From positions 9,969 through 73,968 of IMG/VR virus record IMGVR_UViG_3300030117_004232: 64,000 nt of DNA; one strand, 5' to 3'. The notes beneath the pieces were generated by a model. That model was not told the DNA's origin and made no database searches. It saw only the letters and a list, made by a program, of their open reading frames with translations. A program made the position numbers and the translations under genes. This DNA comes from a virus. Positions 58,998-64,000 of this stretch are shown here, in pieces. How positions within the stretch are numbered: the stretch's first letter is position 1; the number at the start of each line of letters is the position of its first letter.

Positions 58998-59509
58998 GCC
59001 GTCACCTCCACGCCTTGCCACCAATCGGGGGCAGGTGTTCCCTTCTCCCACTTGGCGAACTGCTTGGAATGGTAGTAGGCTCGGTATGCCTTGACCACAT
59101 TATCATCACGATACTCGTCAGGCATGGCCTGTGCGAATGGTGTGAGATACCTTTCATCCGTAAATGGAATTAACCCACATATACAATGCATATCTATGAT
59201 AGGGTCGTGACAAGCATGACGCTTACCAAACCGCTTTGTGTATTCTTCACACAAAGCGAGTGCGTGTTGAGCAAGCCATAGAAAATTGGAACGGCTGTTA
59301 CATGCCCATACTGTGCATGGGTGATGAGCGTAGCCACCCTTGTAGGGTGTACCCTTCTTGGTCAGTGGCATCTGCTCGTCAGTCGCACCGTGGTAACGCA
59401 GGGCCGATGCCATCATCTGTGCCGCTTCGACACACATCTTGGGAACGTGCTTGTCACAGTGCATACGTGCCGCTACTACGGGGTCTAAGTCTAATACGAA
59501 TATGTTCAT
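58994..59509 (-). CDS. Pyrimidine-dimer DNA glycosylase-like (DenV/Pyr_excise family) protein
   Basis: MNIFVLD.DP..AA..HCDKHV.KM..E.AQM, HPC..W and AYRAYY motifs. Confidence 0.8.
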   Translation of the reverse strand: MNIFVLDLDPVVAARMHCDKHVPKMCVEAAQMMASALRYHGATDEQMPLTKKGTPYKGGYAHHPCTVWACNSRSNFLWLAQHALALCEEYTKRFGKRHACHDPIIDMHCICGLIPFTDERYLTPFAQAMPDEYRDDNVVKAYRAYYHSKQFAKWEKGTPAPDWWQGVEVTA

Positions 59510-59580
59510 TCTTGTCCCTCCTTGCCGACTTCGCACTCGCATACAATGTCTTGATTACAAGACCAACAATTGTGATTCAT
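59506..59580 (-). CDS. 24-aa Cys-rich micro-peptide
   Basis: MNHNCWSCNQDIVCECEVGKEGQE; SD present, coupled at both ends. Confidence 0.5.
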   Translation of the reverse strand: MNHNCWSCNQDIVCECEVGKEGQE

Positions 59581-60054
59581 TCACTCGCCTCCTTCTCCCC
59601 CTAGGTTGTCTAGGGATTTTTTCATGCCGCCCCATGATACTCGGTACGCACCTGATTCAGTCTTCTCGCTCTGCACTGAGGGCGGTGGTGGTGGGTGCGA
59701 TGATGATAGTTCCTCTTCTTCCAACTGGGGGGCAGGTGGTTCGATGCCTTCCCAGATGTCTGATACTTTCACATGACCATCTCCAAAGATACCGTCAGGG
59801 AAATACCATGTGCTTGGCTCCCATTCCATCCCTTCCATGTTCCCAACTGTACACCATACGCCGCTTCTCTTGCATCGTAGAGTTACGTAAGGCGGTCCAT
59901 CGAATAGGTCTGGATTGACCGCCTCAAATAGTTCTACTTCGTACCCATACTTGGAACACTCCTCCAGTAGTTCCAACATTCTCTTTTGTTTGCCTAGCAT
60001 TTCTGCTTCGGTTGTCAGTTCTTTCACTCGCTTGTCAATATCACTCTGCTTCAT
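59581..60054 (-). CDS. Hypothetical protein
   Basis: ORF in the early operon. Confidence 0.6.
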   Translation of the reverse strand: MKQSDIDKRVKELTTEAEMLGKQKRMLELLEECSKYGYEVELFEAVNPDLFDGPPYVTLRCKRSGVWCTVGNMEGMEWEPSTWYFPDGIFGDGHVKVSDIWEGIEPPAPQLEEEELSSSHPPPPPSVQSEKTESGAYRVSWGGMKKSLDNLGGEGGE

Positions 60055-60286
60055 TTGTCTCTCTCCATTCTTCTATGACCTTATCACAATGCTTGACTAG
60101 ACCAATGCCCCATTGAGTGTCAAGGTATACAGCCAATGCCTTGGCATCATCTACAGACCACGAGCAATACTCAGGGTCGCTTAGTGCATCTCTCAATACG
60201 TAAGTGAAGTTTTTCACCGTGTCGAATCCCAACAGGTATCGGATTAGTTCTTGGTTGTGCTTCTTCAGTTCGTTGCTCATGTTCAT
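60041..60286 (-). CDS. Hypothetical protein
   Basis: MNMSNEL...; SD GGAGG; coupled. Confidence 0.55.
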   Translation of the reverse strand: MNMSNELKKHNQELIRYLLGFDTVKNFTYVLRDALSDPEYCSWSVDDAKALAVYLDTQWGIGLVKHCDKVIEEWRETNEAE

Positions 60287-60372
60287 GCCTCCTTGTATTC
60301 CCAAAATTCCCAAATGGGTTCTCCAGTTTCTTCGTCGATGGGGCCGCGTAGATGGCTGAATAGTTTGGCCAT
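60283..60372 (-). CDS. 29-aa micro-peptide
   Basis: MAKLFSHLRGPIDEETGEPIWEFWEYKEA; SD present, coupled. Confidence 0.5.
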   Translation of the reverse strand: MAKLFSHLRGPIDEETGEPIWEFWEYKEA

Positions 60373-60537
60373 TCACTCGTCCTCCCAATGCTTTGCTTCT
60401 TCGTCAGATGCTTCCCGTACCGATAGTCCGGCTTGCACAAACTCATCCCAATGGTTGCCAAACTTGTCTTCCAAGAACTCGATATAACCCAACATATCTT
60501 CAAACTCGCTATCATCAATTGTCACTGTTCTTCTCAT
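60373..60537 (-). CDS. Acidic micro-protein ending WEDE
   Basis: Hand-translated, 54 aa. Confidence 0.55.
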   Translation of the reverse strand: MRRTVTIDDSEFEDMLGYIEFLEDKFGNHWDEFVQAGLSVREASDEEAKHWEDE

Positions 60538-60848
60538 TCTAACCCCTCATCCTTGAAGTATTGTGCTGCGTCTGCCTTGGTCATCCACTTCTGCCCCCAA
60601 GTCTTCACTGTTACAGCCACTAGTTGGTGGGTATCTTCGTTGGATTCTTTCATCAATTGATTGCTGAATTGTTGGTTGTAATCGAATATCGCAACGACCT
60701 TGAACCCACAATCGGGGCAATCAGCATACAGTTGTAAGTCGCTATTCGCATCACCAAGTGAATCAATTGTGCCACCTATGTAGGACATGCACTTGAGTTC
60801 TATCTCAAAGTCATCGTCGCATACTGGACAATACATTGGGTGACTCAT
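60534..60848 (-). CDS. Zn-ribbon protein
   Basis: CPVC...CPDC. Confidence 0.6.
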   Translation of the reverse strand: MSHPMYCPVCDDDFEIELKCMSYIGGTIDSLGDANSDLQLYADCPDCGFKVVAIFDYNQQFSNQLMKESNEDTHQLVAVTVKTWGQKWMTKADAAQYFKDEGLE

Positions 60849-61001
60849 TTACTCGTCCTCCCATACAATGCAATCTTCGTACTCCTCAGCAAGTAGCCTC
60901 ATGTTGAGTTGTATCTCACCCTTCACACCGTCATCACGGACAACTGTAAAGTAGAACTCATTCATTATGTTGTCAATTACACCTGTAACATCAAAATTCA
61001 T
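60849..61001 (-). CDS. Acidic micro-protein ending WEDE
   Basis: Hand-translated, 50 aa. Confidence 0.55.
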   Translation of the reverse strand: MNFDVTGVIDNIMNEFYFTVVRDDGVKGEIQLNMRLLAEEYEDCIVWEDE

Positions 61002-61226
61002 TCACTCGACCTCCACTTCGCTAATCCAATACAGGATGTCGTCAACATCTGCACCGTATATGTGTCCAATCATTCGGAAGAAGTCATCGGCGACTTCCCA
61101 CCCAACTGTTTCTACCAAGTCCTCAACAGTATCTCGGTCATATTTTGTTACGTGCTGGTCTGCTACATAGCAGGCCAATCTTGTCATTTTTCTATACAAC
61201 TTAGCAAATTCACTCATTCTTTTCAT
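61002..61226 (-). CDS. Hypothetical protein
   Basis: Ends EVEVE at a junction repeat. Confidence 0.55.
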   Translation of the reverse strand: MKRMSEFAKLYRKMTRLACYVADQHVTKYDRDTVEDLVETVGWEVADDFFRMIGHIYGADVDDILYWISEVEVE

Positions 61227-61335
61227 CCTCCTGTGTTACTTCCTTTCGTGGTGGCTTGTGTGAGATGTTCCTCTCACGCAAATAGACTTGTGACTTGCGC
61301 TGATTCCAACGCCATCGTAGTGCCTTGCGTGTCAT
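61210..61335 (-). CDS. Basic micro-protein (41 aa)
   Basis: MTRKALRWRW...; coupled. Confidence 0.45.
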   Translation of the reverse strand: MTRKALRWRWNQRKSQVYLRERNISHKPPRKEVTQEDEKNE

Positions 61336-61508
61336 TCGTCATCACCTAGTAGTTCCTGTAATTGTTGTTCGCTGTTCATCATCGAGTCCTTTTGGCTCAG
61401 GTAACTGTAAGCCATAGCCAATACTCGCCATGTTTCTTTCATCTCGTCTGCATCGTCAATTGACTTTGCCAGTTCAATCATCTCTCTTGCTATTCGTTTT
61501 GCTTCCAT
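61332..61508 (-). CDS. Helical micro-protein (58 aa)
   Basis: MEAKRIAREM...; first gene after repeated element copy 3. Confidence 0.55.
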   Translation of the reverse strand: MEAKRIAREMIELAKSIDDADEMKETWRVLAMAYSYLSQKDSMMNSEQQLQELLGDDE

Positions 61509-61519
61509 TTCGATTCCTC

Positions 61520-61553
61520 GCTGTCTTCATATCTTTCTTGTTTCTATTTAAAG
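61520..61553 (-). promoter_or_regulatory. Repeated TATA-containing element, copy 3
   Basis: Identical to copy 2 over 34 bp; overlaps the stop of the upstream gene. Confidence 0.7.
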
Positions 61554-62348
61554 AGGCTCTGCTTTCTCATACGCCTCCATCCTAGCCAATAAGTCAGGGT
61601 GTAGCCCCTTGGAAGTCGCACCCCTCCTTGGGATTGACCCATCTGGCTTTGGTCTAATGGTCAATTGTTTTTTGAGTACCATTCGCTTCAATAATTCTGT
61701 TGCCGCCAATGGAGTGATTATATTCCAAACATCATCTAAGAGTTCGCTTCGTCTGAACCATTGTTGTTCCTTTCTCCTAGCGAACATATACTCTATGGCA
61801 TCATCACACAGTGTTTCGCACATGCTATCTGAAATTTGCCTTATAGACCGCCTGAATGGTTTGGGGGCTTGTTTTATTTTTTCTTGGGCGATATTGACCT
61901 CTTCTGCTAAGTTCTGTAATGCTATCAGTTTCATATCAATGGACGCTTCCATCTCCTGCATTTGTTCAAGTAGTGTACTCTCAGGATTGATGGCCAGTAG
62001 ACGACTGTTCACGGTCGCTAGTTTGCCCATGAATCTCTCTTCCATGGATTTGATTTGTGGACCCATAGCAGTTGGTAGCATCTCTTCTACGATGTCTGCG
62101 AGTTTTCCTAACAGTTCTGCCTTAAGTGCGTCCTGCCACATTTCCATATCTATCTCTCTGGTTTCCTTCCACTCCTCTAATTGCTCGATTCGTGTCATAA
62201 CCCTCGTTGCTGCATCAGCATGTTGCCTGTGCCGATTACTTCTCCTTGGGCGACACGCTTCACACCTACCTTCCGTACTCTTCATTGACAACTTAGTGAA
62301 ATTATCTCCACATTTTTCACACTGCACTACGTATACCATATCTATCAC
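61548..62348 (-). CDS. Zn-finger/coiled-coil protein with possible C-terminal wHTH
   Basis: CEKC...CEAC, heptad region, then a FRRSELL...ELLKRMV segment. Confidence 0.6.
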   Translation of the reverse strand: MIDMVYVVQCEKCGDNFTKLSMKSTEGRCEACRPRRSNRHRQHADAATRVMTRIEQLEEWKETREIDMEMWQDALKAELLGKLADIVEEMLPTAMGPQIKSMEERFMGKLATVNSRLLAINPESTLLEQMQEMEASIDMKLIALQNLAEEVNIAQEKIKQAPKPFRRSIRQISDSMCETLCDDAIEYMFARRKEQQWFRRSELLDDVWNIITPLAATELLKRMVLKKQLTIRPKPDGSIPRRGATSKGLHPDLLARMEAYEKAEPL

Positions 62349-62566
62349 TCCAGTGGATGCTGTACATCCTTATCTCCTAGCACCCAACGTAATGCTTTGA
62401 CCACGCCTTCCAGTGCTTTGTAATTCCTCATGTGTTCAATCCGCTTACTCTTGTGAGTCGTCGTCGCCTTGGTGAAATGCCAGTTCTGCTTGCGCTCCGC
62501 CTTGTCGAGCATGGTTTCAATCTCTGCCCATGAGCGGTCGTAAGTGAAGTGTTCTGTGTCAATCAT
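62345..62566 (-). CDS. Hypothetical protein (MIDTE start)
   Basis: Shares the GAATGATTGACACAGA start junction with the upstream paralogs. Confidence 0.6.
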   Translation of the reverse strand: MIDTEHFTYDRSWAEIETMLDKAERKQNWHFTKATTTHKSKRIEHMRNYKALEGVVKALRWVLGDKDVQHPLE

Positions 62567-62915
62567 TCAATCCTCTCCTTGTTTTATCCCACTCAATCAT
62601 TTCCACCAACTTATCAACACCAAAGCGCTCAGTCATTAGTTCAAGTTGACGATTCGATTCTCTAAGTAAAGTCGAAAGACGCTTGACTTCTGCGAGCAGT
62701 AGTGGTGCGTCTGCGATGAGTCGTGCATCGGCTTCTGTCATGTATGAGTTGCCAATGTTTCGCATCCACTCCCCACTACTGGTCTTTGCTCTCGCCTCAT
62801 TCAATTTCACCCACCAATTTTCAAGGTCTTTCGGTGCATCATCCCTCAATGGGCCTGACCGCATCAACTCCCACGGTGCGGGTGTGTGTCCTTCGTACTT
62901 GTCTGTGTCAATCAT
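62559..62915 (-). CDS. MIDTDKY-family paralog (HTxxPW...ADAPLLL.EVKRL)
   Basis: Conserved blocks A and B present. Confidence 0.75.
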   Translation of the reverse strand: MIDTDKYEGHTPAPWELMRSGPLRDDAPKDLENWWVKLNEARAKTSSGEWMRNIGNSYMTEADARLIADAPLLLAEVKRLSTLLRESNRQLELMTERFGVDKLVEMIEWDKTRRGLND

Positions 62916-63097
62916 TCAATCACCTCATACAAGTCTTTGATAAAACCCTGCAAATAAACAGGGTCGGCAGCATCCATGTTACGAGCAATGTCAGAAATCG
63001 CTTCACGTAATCGCTTGACTTCTGCTTGTAACTCAACTACCTTATCTTGCGTAATACTCAACAAGGGGTGTGTAAAGTATTTGTCTGTGTCAGTCAT
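62912..63097 (-). CDS. Short MIDTDKY-family paralog
   Basis: MTDTDKY...AEVKRLRE. Confidence 0.7.
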   Translation of the reverse strand: MTDTDKYFTHPLLSITQDKVVELQAEVKRLREAISDIARNMDAADPVYLQGFIKDLYEVIE

Positions 63098-63438
63098 TCT
63101 TCTTCACCTCGTATCACTTGTTCTGCTCGTCGTATAATGGAGTAAGCATCAACTCCAACTCCTTCAGCCATCATTACAAGCGCATCTATTCTAATGTCTT
63201 CTAAGACTTTACGCAACCGCTTGACTTCTTCAAGGAGAAGTGGTGCATCTGCGATAAGTTGTGCATTCGCCTTGCACATGTCTTCCCACTTTCCACCTCT
63301 GTCATTCATCACTTGTGCGATGTGCCAATGATGAACACCTTCGGGTAGGTTTTCATCAGCCCTTATCTTGTAGCGACTGTTGGGTGATACTCGCCACGGC
63401 CCTTCTGTATGTCCTTCGTATTTGTCTGTGTCAATCAT
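63094..63438 (-). CDS. MIDTDKY-family paralog
   Basis: Conserved blocks A and B present. Confidence 0.75.
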   Translation of the reverse strand: MIDTDKYEGHTEGPWRVSPNSRYKIRADENLPEGVHHWHIAQVMNDRGGKWEDMCKANAQLIADAPLLLEEVKRLRKVLEDIRIDALVMMAEGVGVDAYSIIRRAEQVIRGEEE

Positions 63439-63727
63439 TCCTCTTCACCTCTTGCAACTCACTTCCAAGTGCTTTGCATAATACTTTCAGTACATAATAA
63501 TCCTGTACAACATAACCAATAGCCTGTTCCATAGCATCACGCAATCGCTTGACTTCTTCAAGGAGAAGTGGTGCGTCTGCTATGATGTGCTTGTTACACA
63601 TACCCATGGGGTCTGGTATGGTGCATACATGGTCGCCGTTTGCATCCTTTACAGAATGTCCGGCATTACCTGTCTTGATTGACCACGGCCCTTCCGTGTG
63701 TCCTTCGTATTTGTCTGTGTCAATCAT
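63431..63727 (-). CDS. MIDTDKY-family paralog
   Basis: Conserved blocks A and B present. Confidence 0.75.
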   Translation of the reverse strand: MIDTDKYEGHTEGPWSIKTGNAGHSVKDANGDHVCTIPDPMGMCNKHIIADAPLLLEEVKRLRDAMEQAIGYVVQDYYVLKVLCKALGSELQEVKRND

Positions 63728-64000
63728 TCGCAATCACATCCTCTAACAAGCGAGAAATCAAGCCGAAATTCTCATGATACTCTCTCGTAATGTTCACAAG
63801 ATTTTCACGTAGTTCGTTGTATTCTCTCTCAACTTCACGCAACCGCTTGACTTCTTCAAGGAGAAGTGGTGCGTCGGCTATGAGTTGTGCTGATTCTCTA
63901 TTCACTTGACCTATCATTACAGACATCTCTTGCCCTTTGTAGTTGGTCTTTATCGCAACATCGGAATAGATTATGGGTCGCTCATCTGTTCCTTTAGATG
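63720..64000 (-). CDS. MIDTDKY-family paralog, 5'-truncated by the window
   Basis: Frame is open to the window end; contains AQLIADAPLLLEEVKRLRE. Confidence 0.7.
   Translation of the reverse strand, partial: SKGTDERPIIYSDVAIKTNYKGQEMSVMIGQVNRESAQLIADAPLLLEEVKRLREVEREYNELRENLVNITREYHENFGLISRLLEDVIAND

Larger units (their letters stand above)
57944..59009 (-). repeat. Seven copies of the 16-bp junction repeat GGAGGTGACGGCGTGA
   Basis: On the + strand, tcacgccgtcacctcc occurs at 57944, 58123, 58353, 58502 (variant), 58645, 58824 and 58994. Confidence 0.95.
59578..61018 (-). repeat. Second junction repeat family GGAGG(N)CGAGT(G/A)AATG, 4 copies
   Basis: Copies near 59578, 60370, 60846 and 60999. 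Confidence 0.7.

Noticed and set aside
57944-59009. CRISPR or mini-CRISPR array interpretation of the 16-bp repeats
   Set aside because: The repeats are too short and non-palindromic, and the intervals are 143-230 bp, uneven, and each is a complete ORF.
62345-64000. Diversity-generating retroelement
   Set aside because: No reverse transcriptase in the window, and no template/variable repeat pair with adenine-specific differences.
1-64000. Cellular archaeal chromosome or provirus boundary
   Set aside because: Thermosome, RFC and PolB are embedded in a continuous viral gene layout. No ribosomal or metabolic genes, integrase or att site were seen.

Overview
This window is a 64-kb internal fragment of a tailed dsDNA virus (Caudoviricetes) of archaea. 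Gene content and order best match the 'magroviruses' of Marine Group II Euryarchaeota (Poseidoniales); this is inferred from motif recognition, not a database search. The + strand (1-35160) is the late/virion module: the 3' part of a ligase-like gene, an HK97-type prohead protease-scaffold fusion, major capsid protein, small head proteins, head-tail adaptor, tail terminator, tail tube, tail chaperone pair, a very short tape-measure-like gene, two paralogous Dit-like proteins, a 5,419-aa giant virion protein, an inserted ADP-ribosyltransferase-like gene, and hub and tip proteins. The - strand (35161-64000) converges on it and carries a group II chaperonin, an archaeal-type replication/repair set (DEDD exonuclease, MCM-like ATPase, XPF/ERCC4, PriS-PriL primase, Cas4-like nuclease, PolB, PCNA, recombination ATPase, RPA-like protein, RFC, degenerate ligase, PC4, DUF932, HARP/SNF2 helicase, UV glycosylase) and an early region of micro-genes. 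The most unusual observations are: (1) three consecutive micro-gene arrays, each with its own repeated junction sequence, the clearest being 7 copies of GGAGGTGACGGCGTGA that fuse Shine-Dalgarno, stop and start, suggesting a recombination-driven cassette system; (2) an ADP-ribosyltransferase with a possible capsid-targeting leader and PCNA-binding motif; (3) a 141-aa tape-measure-like gene paired with a 5.4-kaa tail protein; (4) a structured intergenic RNA with a tRNA-like arm upstream of PCNA; (5) a 26-34 bp TATA-containing element present three times; (6) two DNA-ligase-fold genes with degenerate catalytic motifs.
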